From Candidatus Saccharimonadota bacterium (lineage in GTDB: Bacteria > Patescibacteriota > Gracilibacteria > UBA1369 > 2-02-FULL-48-14), in NCBI GenBank assembly GCA_016699145.1, contig CP064962.1, positions 720,001 to 752,000 on the forward strand: a stretch of DNA of 32,000 bases, written 5' to 3'. The notes below the pieces were generated by a model, which saw only the letters and a program-made list of their open reading frames with translations, was not told the origin of the DNA and searched no databases. Each line of letters begins with the position of its first letter. The first letter of the stretch is position 1. This document shows positions 8,242-17,020 of this stretch, piece by piece. The translations under genes and the position numbers were made by a program.

Positions 8242-8610
8242 CTATAAAGCCTTCAACCCACACCTGAAGAAGCCCCCGGAACACAAAGTTGCTGGCCCAA
8301 TAATCTTCTCTTCAGACGTGGATAAATACGCTTCCGTATTCACCCCAAGTTCTTCGTTGTCGGGACTGATTTCATAAATTTCTCCTGCAATTTCAGTGAT
8401 GCGTCCCAAAATAATGTCTCCACGAGCATTGGTATAGATCACCACCTCATTCAGAGCAAAGTTCCCATCCTCTTTATCCACCAAAACATAGTCCCCATTT
8501 TTAAAAGTCGGTTCCATGGCGGAGCCGTTTACAACAAAAAGTTCTAGCTCACCTGAACTACAGCCCGTGAGTATAAGTGCAAGTAAACTGAGTAGAATAC
8601 CTTTTTTCAT
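8242..8610 (-). CDS. Lipoprotein with an S24/S26 (signal-peptidase/LexA-like) fold segment
   Basis: MKKGILLSLLALILTGC is a lipobox signal peptide. It is followed by VVNGSAMEPTFKNGDYVLV, which resembles the GxSMxPT...GD catalytic-Ser box. The start at 8610 avoids overlap with the upstream gene. Confidence 0.6.
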   Translation of the reverse strand: MKKGILLSLLALILTGCSSGELELFVVNGSAMEPTFKNGDYVLVDKEDGNFALNEVVIYTNARGDIILGRITEIAGEIYEISPDNEELGVNTEAYLSTSEEKIIGPATLCSGGFFRCGLKAL

Positions 8611-8629
8611 AAGGAGTGTTATTGGATTT

Positions 8630-9136
8630 TTAGGATTCATGTGGGGTGCAATAGCCACGTGCAATTTTTAAACCCTTGCCTTCATGGAAATTCACTTTTA
8701 CATATCTGTACATTCCACTCATGTCTATGTAATAAGTTGCCAAATAGGGGTTGCCCTTATGGACGTAAGAGGCGCTAATCCGACCATACCCAATGTCATT
8801 CTCAGTTAATTCAAAAGTAATTTCCTTTGAAGTCATTTCGATCAGTTGATCTCCTTCCAGCTTGAGGGTAAAAGTCTCATTGGTCTCTTCTTCAAAATAG
8901 TCGTCGCCTCGAACACCGCCATAAATAGTGTCGAGATTGTCGCTATTCCAGCCATTCTCTATATAGCTCATCATTAAAGGCTGACATTCTACTCCTTGTT
9001 CAAAATCTTCGATTGAAAGGTTGCTTGAATGATCCCTACTCTTCAAGGAAGGAGAAATGGAGAAAAGATTTAAAATTCCTGCAACTCCAAGAACGAAAGG
9101 CACAAGAGCGAGGGGTAAAATGAGTTTACGTATCAC
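8630..9136 (-). CDS. Hypothetical membrane-anchored or secreted protein
   Basis: It has a GTG start and an N-terminal hydrophobic segment (MIRKLILPLALVPFVLGVAGIL). It sits in tandem with the 8242-8610 gene. Confidence 0.55.
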   Translation of the reverse strand: MIRKLILPLALVPFVLGVAGILNLFSISPSLKSRDHSSNLSIEDFEQGVECQPLMMSYIENGWNSDNLDTIYGGVRGDDYFEEETNETFTLKLEGDQLIEMTSKEITFELTENDIGYGRISASYVHKGNPYLATYYIDMSGMYRYVKVNFHEGKGLKIARGYCTPHES

Positions 9137-9271
9137 AAGTGAATGTTTAAATGAATAAAGCCACAGGCATTCTAGCAGAACGCGCCTCTTGAACGGAATG
9201 GGCTAAAGAGCTCTGGCTTTAGCTTTCAATATCTTTTAAAATCATGACTTATCTGCACAAACACCCATTCT

Positions 9272-9892
9272 ATGGAAAAATCACCCTCTCAAATACCAGC
9301 TGCACTACTCGCCCTAAGCCTCGACGCCTGCTCACCAGGGCTAGCAGGATCGGAAATCGTCAACATGTCTTCTAGAGTGAGCATGCAGGTTTACGCGATG
9401 GTCGACGGTGAAAACGAACGTTGTGGCACAACAGAAGGCCCCTTCACGGTCACTGCGTCATTTGTAAAATTTTATGAAGAAAATCTACCAAGAAGAGACG
9501 CTCGTGATCAGGAGCACTGTGCGGACCATATCTTCGTCGATGCAAGTGCTGGAAACCGCGCCCTTTGTGGTGAGCGAGGAGCGGAGATTCTAACCGGCGA
9601 AGGCCCTTTAAATACCATGATTGAGGTAGAAGGAGCGGGCAGCTCGGACCTTTGGGATGCAATAACGCTCAATTTCGAAGCACGCACCGATAACTTTAAT
9701 CCCGCTTCTGGCACAGGCTGTTTGCAATACGCCGACGCACTGCTCCCCGTATCCACTCACATTGGCCTACCTCCAACGGAGGAGATGGCAGACGAACTAA
9801 GCGTAGTCGCCGAATGCACTTGGTCAGCCTTTTCAGAGGACGCGACCGATGGTTTATACTGCGATGTGACTGGCGCTGCTTGGGGAATTTAG
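9272..9892 (+). CDS. Hypothetical secreted, Cys-containing protein
   Basis: The N-terminus IPAALLALSLDAC looks like a signal or lipobox sequence. I recognise no family. Confidence 0.5.
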   Translation: MEKSPSQIPAALLALSLDACSPGLAGSEIVNMSSRVSMQVYAMVDGENERCGTTEGPFTVTASFVKFYEENLPRRDARDQEHCADHIFVDASAGNRALCGERGAEILTGEGPLNTMIEVEGAGSSDLWDAITLNFEARTDNFNPASGTGCLQYADALLPVSTHIGLPPTEEMADELSVVAECTWSAFSEDATDGLYCDVTGAAWGI

Positions 9893-10029
9893 ATCGGGTA
9901 TTTATATGCAGTTGTGCCACCCTCACTGGCATAATAAGTCAATGAAATGCTAATAGCCTTGGGCAGCCCATTGACTTAACTTTGTTTTATGGTTATATTC
10001 GCCGCTTGATTTGGCGGCACTGGACGGGC

Positions 10030-11067
10030 TGAATCCGAACACTTAATGGATTAGGATTTTTTGAGTTTTGTGATTTCGCGGTGCACCAAAAGAGCTTCTT
10101 TTGGGGTGAGATAATTCAAACACTTGAGCGGTCTACGATTGAGTTTTTCTTCAAGCCTTTGAATGAAAGCTTTACTGTATTTTGAAATATCACTGCCTTT
10201 AGGAATATCTTTCCGAATGATTTTATTCGTGTTTTCCACTGTGCCCTTTTCCCATGAATGATAAGGGTGGCAAAAGTAGATTTTAATGCCCAGCAGCTTC
10301 TCCAATTCCTTGTGTTTCTGGAAGAGAATATCATTGTCCGTAGTCATGCTTTGAAGCTCTGGAAAACGTTTTTGGATTCGCAAAAAAGCCTCATGAACTT
10401 CTTCAATCGTCACTGGGAAGATCTTTTCAAGAAATGAAACTCTTAGTTTCCTGTCCACAGCAACCAAAAGTGAACCCTTTCCCGTTTTCCCTGAAACTAT
10501 GAAATCTCCTTCAATGTCTCCCACATCTTCTCTCATTTCTATTCTGTTAGGACGCTCATTTATGAACGTTCTGTCCGAAAGTTTTGAAAGTACTTTGGGC
10601 CTCTTTCTTCGATGTTTTGTTTTCTGCTCACGTTCATACTCCAAAGCTCTTCCATAGGGGCTTTTAGGAAGCGATAAATACTGTCTTTGGAGGCAAAAGG
10701 AAGAGCTCCCTCTTGGCATTTGAGTCTCCCAGAAATAGCGGCTGGAGAAATATCATCTCTTAGTTTTTCTTCTACGAAATCTCTCAATTTCTTGTTCATT
10801 GCAACTTTCTTCCCTTGAAAGCGAGCGGAGCGCCTTCGTACATAGCTTTTCTGCTGTGCTTTCTTCGGGTTATAGCTGCCATTCACTTCATTACGTTTGA
10901 GTTCATCTGAAACAGTTGAAACACTTCTCTTCAGACTTTTAGCGATAGCTCTGAGCGAATATCCTTTCCCCTTCAGTATGAATATTTCATCCCTCTCACT
11001 TTTGGAAAGCTGTGAGAACTTCTTAGCGTTTTTTTCATGAACTCATCTTACCAAGTGTTCGGATTCA
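10030..11067. mobile_element. IS30-family insertion sequence, 1038 bp, with a degraded transposase
   Basis: A perfect 15-bp inverted repeat is present: TGAATCCGAACACTT at 10030-10044 and its reverse complement at 11053-11067. It encloses the IS30-type transposase frames. Confidence 0.85.
10051..11038 (-). pseudogene. IS30-family transposase split into three frames
   Basis: The ATG at 11038-11036 is followed by an A7 run. The HTH part (KKFSQLSKSERDEIFILKGKGYSLRAIAKSLKRSVSTVSDELKRN) is only in frame if one more A is added. A second shift occurs at 10657-10665 (DSIYRFLK | SPYGRALEY...). The catalytic part reads ERPNRIEMREDVGDIEGDFI...TTDNDILF...CHPYHSWEKGTVENTN. Confidence 0.8.
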
Positions 11068-11179
11068 AATGAGAATCTAGGGGCGAGCGTGGTCATTTTA
11101 GGGCATCGTCTTCTGACTCTGCTGGATACGGTTTAGCTGCTGCCGAGACAAGGTTTTAACAAGTAATTAGTCAGAAAAT

Positions 11180-12706
11180 ATGGGTGAGCCCCCCTACATT
11201 CCTGATCTCGTGGCCATTAGTGAGGCCCTTACGGCGCCTGCTATGTTTGTTGATTCAAAGCAGGTTTTTGAAAATACTCAATTGTTTGAGCGGGCGTTGA
11301 TGGGCCATATTTTTACTGCAGATGGGGTGAACCGACACCGGACCTTCTTGAGCACTTACATAGGCCATCCATGGTTGAGTCCATCGGAGCGGTTGTACCT
11401 TGTTGAGTGTGGTGAATTGTTTGGCTTGGAAGGGGGTGACCGAGCTGCATTTCAGCTGCCACCTTTCTTACGTGATCCTACTCGATTCGGCCCTGGACTT
11501 GAAACCTTGAATAAGCAAGATCGAAACAAAGAATGTTTTAATGATGATTTTCGTTGTGGGATGGTGCGATCTCATTTGGGTCCCGCTTTTACCGCTGCTA
11601 TGCAAGCCTTGGAGGAAACATGTATTTGCGGATCGTTTGTGTCACAACATCAAAAAGAGCGTGTTTTGCAACAATTGGGCGTTCTTAAAGGAGATGTGAG
11701 GAAAGATAAATTCAAATCTTTTTGGGTGGATTCTGAAGGGGATAGTACAGAATTTGAAAACATGTGGAACTCTCATCTTACCTGCATTCAGATGGTTCAA
11801 GATCGTTGGGCTCACATAGGCACTTCTGAAAGCCAAACGCATCCAAGGGAGGCTGCACGTTTTTTCAGTTCGCGCGGATTGACCATTCCTGGTTCAGTAG
11901 AACTATTGCAAGTGATAGATGAATGTAGAGCGGAACTCATTGAGCAATTGGGAAACAGTTCAGACGATTTACCTCAGGAACTTATGGCCGTGGATGATCC
12001 GCATGTTTTTGTCCATTTAGTGAAGCGACAAGTTCTTGATTTATTGGGCCATGGTGATGACTCAATTGATAAATATCCGCATGAGTTTGATGTGGCGGTT
12101 GGAGCTTCATCTCAGCAGGGTGGCGTGATGCACTTACCTCAAGATACGCAGTGGATTCAATCTGTTGAAGGTAAAGCCTCTATGGCGCTCATACTTGCAC
12201 AAGAACTAACGCACATCATCCAGTCTAAATGGATTCACTCGCCTCAAGTGTGCCATACTTTTTATGCTTCTGAGGCTTGGGCCAACGCTTTTGAGCTTTG
12301 TTTTGGTAAGCTCATTGGTTTAGAATATTCCAGTGTGAAAAGCGCGCTTAAAAAACTCTCCTATTTGGACGGGGCTGTCGCTTTTCATATGGCTGGCTGT
12401 ACGAGAGAAGCCGTGGGCGAACGGCTTGGTTCATATCCATTGTGGCCCGCTGAGGAGATTCCCGAACGTTTAAAGCTAGTTATAGATGGTCCTGGATTAA
12501 GACCCCTTCGGAATGGCGGCCCTTATGTAGTGGGCATGGCCGCTGTTCTGAGGGCATTTGAAGCTTCTGGTTCTGACCCCGACTTCTTTAAAAAAGAGTG
12601 CAAAGCACATGGACTCTTGGAGAACCCACATGTTGTGGCCAATGACTTCGATGTGGATGACCTCCTTCGTTCTATTCATCCTACTATAATAGCACTCCGA
12701 ACTTAG
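11180..12706 (+). CDS. Hypothetical 508-aa protein with a near-HExxH motif
   Basis: It is a clean ORF. ALILAQELTHIIQ (Q341 is CAA at 12200-12202) is one nucleotide away from HELTH. I recognise no other motif. Confidence 0.6.
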   Translation: MGEPPYIPDLVAISEALTAPAMFVDSKQVFENTQLFERALMGHIFTADGVNRHRTFLSTYIGHPWLSPSERLYLVECGELFGLEGGDRAAFQLPPFLRDPTRFGPGLETLNKQDRNKECFNDDFRCGMVRSHLGPAFTAAMQALEETCICGSFVSQHQKERVLQQLGVLKGDVRKDKFKSFWVDSEGDSTEFENMWNSHLTCIQMVQDRWAHIGTSESQTHPREAARFFSSRGLTIPGSVELLQVIDECRAELIEQLGNSSDDLPQELMAVDDPHVFVHLVKRQVLDLLGHGDDSIDKYPHEFDVAVGASSQQGGVMHLPQDTQWIQSVEGKASMALILAQELTHIIQSKWIHSPQVCHTFYASEAWANAFELCFGKLIGLEYSSVKSALKKLSYLDGAVAFHMAGCTREAVGERLGSYPLWPAEEIPERLKLVIDGPGLRPLRNGGPYVVGMAAVLRAFEASGSDPDFFKKECKAHGLLENPHVVANDFDVDDLLRSIHPTIIALRT

Positions 12707-12718
12707 ACAGCAGTGTAG

Positions 12719-12734
12719 TTTTTTTTGGGGGGGG
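12719..12734. repeat. T8G8 homopolymer dyad between convergent genes
   Basis: I read TTTTTTTTGGGGGGGG directly from the sequence. A shorter T6G6 copy is at 46-57. Confidence 0.9.
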
Positions 12735-12751
12735 TGGAGCATTGAACCGCT

Positions 12752-14394
12752 TTACTGACGCACTCCCTTAGACTTCCTATAAAGGCTCCATGCTTTTTTG
12801 AAGTCAGGACTTTTTTTAAGCAGTTCAGCAAAAGTCCCTTCAGCAACAACTGCCCCAGACCGAAACAAATAAATCTTATCGAACTTAGGCAAAAGATGCA
12901 GACGGTGAACGGAAGAGACGAGACATTTATCCTTGAATTGTTCGAAAATATTGTCATAAATGCCCAGTTCATTGGCGGGATCAACACTACTGGTCGGCTC
13001 ATCCAAGAGGACAATGCTGCTTTTTTTCGCGGCAAAAAGCCCACGCGCCAAAGCAAGTCTTTGCTTCTCTCCACCAGAAAGATTTACCCCCTTCTCTTTG
13101 ATGCTGGTCTTAAGCCCACTGGGGAGTCGCCTTAAAACGGCATCGAATCGAGCCATTTTTACCACCTCCTCCACCTCAATTTTTTTATGACGAATACCGG
13201 CCGTAATATTGTATTCAATGGTATTCTCGAAAATTTCAGGGTCTTGCGGTATCAGGGTGACAAGATCAGACAAGCTGCGAAGGCCTCCAACTGTTACGCC
13301 ATCCACAACAACCTGAACTCGGTTTGGCTCACTCAAGCCTCTCAGCAAACTCATCATCGTGCTTTTCCCACTGCCACTTTCGCCCACAAAAGCAATGCGT
13401 TCTCCACGACGAAGCTTCAAGCTTATATCCTTCAATGTGTGCTTGTGATGAGCTTCATCTTCGTACTTGAAATACAGGCAATATTTTTCCAATCGCTAGG
13501 GATCATTCCAAGCGTTTTTCGCACCCCAAAGGCTTTGCTCGCCTGCCATATTGGCTCAATCGAGTCGATATCAGCCGTATAGTGAACTAGGTTTTCATAC
13601 TTCCAGGCCAGGTCAAAGAAAACACCCAAAAACCTTTGCACGTATTCGTAAAGCGCCACCAAGGTTCCCAGCAGTAAAACCTGACCCGCCGAAACTTGGC
13701 CATAAAGATACAGCGAAATGGAAATAAACATGGAAAAAGCAACCACCATCGTGAGCAAAAACCATTTCACTTCATTCACTTTGGCGTTCTTTTTCCAAAT
13801 GGGAAGTGCTGAAAAAATACGGTTTACCGTTTCATTCCTCGCAAGTTTCTCGAGTCGAAGCGTGATGACGGTCTGCATGTTCAAAACGTAATCATAAAAA
13901 GTTGCATCGTAGAGATGGAACTTTTCATTGATCTGCTTGGTGTAAAGGAGCAAAAGTTTATCGAAGCGAAAGATGACCAATGCAGCCAAAAAGCCAAAGC
14001 CCAAGAGTACAAGACCTGTGTAAAGAGAGATGACAAAAAGCGCGATGAGTGAACCAAGAAACTTCACAATCACTTCATGGTACATAAATCCTTCATCCGA
14101 AAAACCCTTGAGTGCCGCTGATGCTTTTTCAAGTCGACTCATGGTTCCGCCAGAATGATTGTCTTTGTGCCACTTGAGTGGAAGCCCCGTCAAAGTATCA
14201 AAAAGATCCGTTCTAAAATTTTTCAAAATATAGTACGCATTGGTTCGTTCTATCACTCGTGCCGTTCCATGAAAAACCCAAAATAAAAACTGCAAAAGCG
14301 GATACGTCGCCAAAATCAACAATGCACCTTTGTAATCTTCAAGACCATGGTCCTGCAAGTGGTTGAAGAAAAATCCCAAAACCATAGGCTCCAA
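12752..14394 (-). pseudogene. ABC exporter half-transporter (TMD+NBD), frameshifted and 5'-truncated
   Basis: The TMD frame (13432-14394) ends ...IPSDWKNIAC. The NBD frame (12752-13492) continues KYCLYFKYEDEAHHKHTLKDISLKLRRGERIAFVGESGSGKST...LSGGEKQRLALAR...VLLDEPTS. One extra A at the run 13484-13488 fuses the two. Only the tail of TM1 is present, and the gene abuts the IS200/IS605 end. Confidence 0.8.
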
Positions 14395-14399
14395 CAGGG

Positions 14400-14945
14400 C
14401 TGATGAACCTCCCCGAGCTTACGCTCGGGGTTTCAGCCTAGTTCAAGCTGCGCTTGGCCCGCATCTTCTTCGCCCTGTTGTTGGATATACTTTCGAATGA
14501 CCTCCTCGTTAATCCCAACTGTGGAGGCAAAGTAACCTGCCGACCAAATACTTCTCGTCCCCCAGTACACTTTTCTAAGAAACGGAAACTTTATGTTCAA
14601 CTCACGAGCTGTGTTGGCTTTTATTATTCTCACCACCTCTCCCACTGCTATTTGTGGAGGTATGGAAATTAAAATATGTACATGGTCTAAATCCGTGTTT
14701 ACCTCTTTCACCACCAGTTCCGGATAGTACTTCGGAATATCCTTCATCACTTCCTGCAGAAAAGCCAACACACCTTCGTTGAATATCTTCCGACGGTATT
14801 TGGTCGGCCAAACTAAGTGATAGTCACAGATGAAAACTGCGTGTGAGCTTTTTCGTAGCTTCTTCATGCCTCCACTTTACACCACCACGAAGATGCGGGC
14901 ACCCACTACATCCCTCGGGCTTACGCCCGGGGAACTACGTCAGTT
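14400..14945. mobile_element. IS200/IS605-family element (boundaries approximate)
   Basis: tnpA is flanked by two related subterminal hairpins that share a TTAC loop. These are CCCCGAGC-TTAC-GCTCGGGG (14411-14430) and CCCTCGGGC-TTAC-GCCCGGGG (14912-14932, with one bulged T). Confidence 0.8.
14433..14867 (-). CDS. tnpA: IS200/IS605 Y1 (HUH) transposase TnpA
   Basis: The translation is FICDYHLVWPTKYRRKIF...DLDHVHILISIPP...IIKANTAREL...WSAGYFASTVG, which gives the HUH motif (HVH) and the catalytic Tyr region. Confidence 0.9.
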   Translation of the reverse strand: MKKLRKSSHAVFICDYHLVWPTKYRRKIFNEGVLAFLQEVMKDIPKYYPELVVKEVNTDLDHVHILISIPPQIAVGEVVRIIKANTARELNIKFPFLRKVYWGTRSIWSAGYFASTVGINEEVIRKYIQQQGEEDAGQAQLELG

Positions 14946-15070
14946 GATTAGAACATAAAGATTGGTTGAATTCTGGTATTTTCGCTACAAATTTCATCAA
15001 ATTGAAAATATGTTTTTACGGCTCAAATAAACCTTGACAGACTGCTTTATAAAATAAAACTGGTGCCTTT

Positions 15071-15478
15071 TTAGGTGCGCTTCTTCAGCTTTGCTTCTTT
15101 AACCATCACCGCAAATGCATCTCCGTATAAGAACACAGCTAGCACGAAACCGCCCATGACTTTCAAGAAAGTCCATCCCCATCCATCCTCTTCTTCAAGA
15201 GGCTCTTCAACAGGTGCTTCCTCGATAGGCTCTTCAACAGGCACCTCCTCAAGAGAAATACTTCCAGTCAGGAACCCATGGAGAAAAAACAGAGCCGTTA
15301 AAATAAAAATGGGCCCAGTAACATAGCGGATCAAAAAATAATACCCTCTCTCTCCATACATCCGTTTCTGTCGGTAATCGTTCAAGGAATGCAAATCTCC
15401 CCATTTAGGATTCACAATGCAGGCAAAGCCCCAAAAAATGGAGAGCAGGCAGACGAGGATTGCTATAGGATGGTCCAT
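15071..15478 (-). CDS. Hypothetical membrane protein with an acidic EEVPVEEPIEEAPVEEPLEEE repeat
   Basis: It has three hydrophobic segments. An internal roughly 30-bp duplicated unit is present, with GGCTCTTCAACAGG occurring twice within 15199-15242. Confidence 0.6.
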   Translation of the reverse strand: MDHPIAILVCLLSIFWGFACIVNPKWGDLHSLNDYRQKRMYGERGYYFLIRYVTGPIFILTALFFLHGFLTGSISLEEVPVEEPIEEAPVEEPLEEEDGWGWTFLKVMGGFVLAVFLYGDAFAVMVKEAKLKKRT

Positions 15479-15560
15479 GGAAGTATTTTACAAATGAATA
15501 TGCATGGGTCAACCTCACTCTCCTAAAAAAGCCCCAATTTTTTCAGTTGCCTGGGTTTGT

Positions 15561-15629
15561 AAAAAGAAGCATGAAGCATTTTTGTGCAGGCGCCAGCCAA
15601 TGCATGTGTAACCCTGAATGCTTCTTTTT
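15561..15629 (-). terminator. Possible tmRNA terminator: a 12-bp inverted repeat with a long loop
   Basis: AAAAAGAAGCAT (15561-15572) pairs with ATGCTTCTTTTT (15618-15629). It lies about 40 nt downstream of the tmRNA 3' end on the minus strand. The 45-nt loop makes this call weak. Confidence 0.3.
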
Positions 15630-15666
15630 AAAATTGTATTCATAAAGCCACAGCCTTAACAAGAAT

Positions 15667-16079
15667 TGGTGGAGATGGCGGGAGTCGAACCCGCGTCCAA
15701 AAAGGAAGTGCGAAACCCTCTACGTTCATAGACCGTCCTGGTTACAACCGGTTCATCAAGGACGGACGAAAACAGACCGGAGGCGCAGACCAAAATCTTG
15801 GATCAGCAGCGGAATGCGAGCGCTGCCTCACCACAGTCTCGTGTATGACACTCGTCTTCCCTACGAAACCTTAGGAAGGGAGCGAGATCGCACAAAGGGC
15901 GATCGTTGACTATGCTACAGGAGCGAAAGCAAGAGAAGCCTCTTCCATTCGGAGAGCCTGAGCAAGTCGAGCAAGTGGGTTAGCACTTAAATTTGTCTGG
16001 ACGGATTGAGGTGGGACCAGACAACCACCTGAACGCAAGCTTCGGACTTCAAACTTTCTGTCGAAACCGGGACATCCCC
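15667..16079 (-). ncRNA. ssrA: tmRNA (SsrA), one-piece form
   Basis: The 5' end GGGGATGTCCCGGTTTCGACAG and the 3' end GGACGCGGGTTCGACTCCCGCCATCTCCACCA form a 7-bp acceptor stem that includes a G3:U pair and a T-arm. An internal tag frame, GCT AAC CCA ... GCT CCT GTA GCA TAG, ends at 15910. Confidence 0.9.
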
Positions 16080-16164
16080 ACTTTTCAAAGAGCTGCACCA
16101 GTTTACGCCTCTTTTCAAGAGGGGTCAATTTGTGCTACAATTAAGAGATAATTTATTTGGCACA

Positions 16165-16710
16165 ATGGCAAACAAGGAAATCCCAGAAAATGGCAAAGAT
16201 GTGATGCCCATACCAGCGGGCTCACCCGCGATAGATATTCAATTGCTTTCCCTGGAGGTGACCAGGGAAGCCTATGATCAGCTTATGGCACGCGTGGATG
16301 CCAAATATACGGGTGAAAACATTTCTGCCGGCAATCTTTTTAAAAAGTATGTGAGCAAACAAATGACAAAAGCAGGGCAAGAGTCCATTCACAAATCAAT
16401 GCAAGAAATCGAGAAAACTTTTGTGGAATTCAATAAGATGTTCGACGCCTTAGTTCTAAATAAAAACAATCCAGCTTTTGCGCAAAAGCTCGGCATTAAA
16501 ATGTCCGTCCATTCTCCCGATAAAATGGCAGAAATGGCTCGCGCAAGCGGTGTAACAAACCCCGAACAAATGGCCATTATAAAGTTTTATGCCGTTATCC
16601 GCGGGGTAGACACGCTCTTGGAACGTGAGTACGAGGATTACATCTCTAAGCTTTTTTTGCCCGATATAACGTCCAAATTCAATGCCCTCAATTTCAATGC
16701 CCTGGTCTAA
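16165..16710 (+). CDS. Hypothetical protein, first gene of a coupled 3-gene operon
   Basis: The track ORF starts at a non-ATG codon at 16132. The ATG at 16165 (MANKEIPENG) leaves room for the tmRNA promoter. I recognise no family. Confidence 0.55.
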   Translation: MANKEIPENGKDVMPIPAGSPAIDIQLLSLEVTREAYDQLMARVDAKYTGENISAGNLFKKYVSKQMTKAGQESIHKSMQEIEKTFVEFNKMFDALVLNKNNPAFAQKLGIKMSVHSPDKMAEMARASGVTNPEQMAIIKFYAVIRGVDTLLEREYEDYISKLFLPDITSKFNALNFNALV

Positions 16711-17020
16711 AGAACAAGTCATCAATCTCATTCAATCCTCTGAAGCACTTAAAGGAGCTGCTGAAGAGCAACAGTTTTGGCTGAATCGGGCAGAATACAT
16801 GGGGCCTGAGGATTTAGCTAAACTTGCTGCCGTGTTGGTGAAAGAAGCTGAATCGAGAAAAATCGTGCAAACCTCTTTACTTGAGAAAAGCATACAAAAT
16901 AATCAAGCCTACATTGAAGAACTGCATAAGGTTAAACCAAAGATGCTTAAGGAATGGGAGGCTGCTAGTCGTACCGAAGAAAAACCGGACTCAATTCTTG
17001 ATCAAATAAACAATGTCTAA
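16682..17020 (+). CDS. Hypothetical small helical, charged protein
   Basis: It overlaps the upstream stop at 16710, and an alternative start exists at 16697. Its stop overlaps the next gene's start (ATGTCTAA at 17013-17020). Confidence 0.5.
   Translation: MPSISMPWSKEQVINLIQSSEALKGAAEEQQFWLNRAEYMGPEDLAKLAAVLVKEAESRKIVQTSLLEKSIQNNQAYIEELHKVKPKMLKEWEAASRTEEKPDSILDQINNV

Noticed and set aside
14941-14997. A short ORF, MKFVAKIPEFNQSLCSNQLT, considered as the missing 5' end of the ABC exporter beyond the IS200/IS605 element
   Set aside because: It is not hydrophobic and cannot supply the missing first half of TM1. It also terminates inside the IS end. The exporter's 5' end appears to be lost rather than merely displaced.
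15600-15700. A genomic-island att site at the tmRNA 3' end
   Set aside because: I found no second copy of the tmRNA 3' terminal sequence by eye and no integrase gene. I therefore report the region only as an accessory, decaying segment.
15910-16128. A 72-aa minus-strand ORF
   Set aside because: It lies within tmRNA. Only its last roughly 24 codons, the tag reading frame, have biological meaning.
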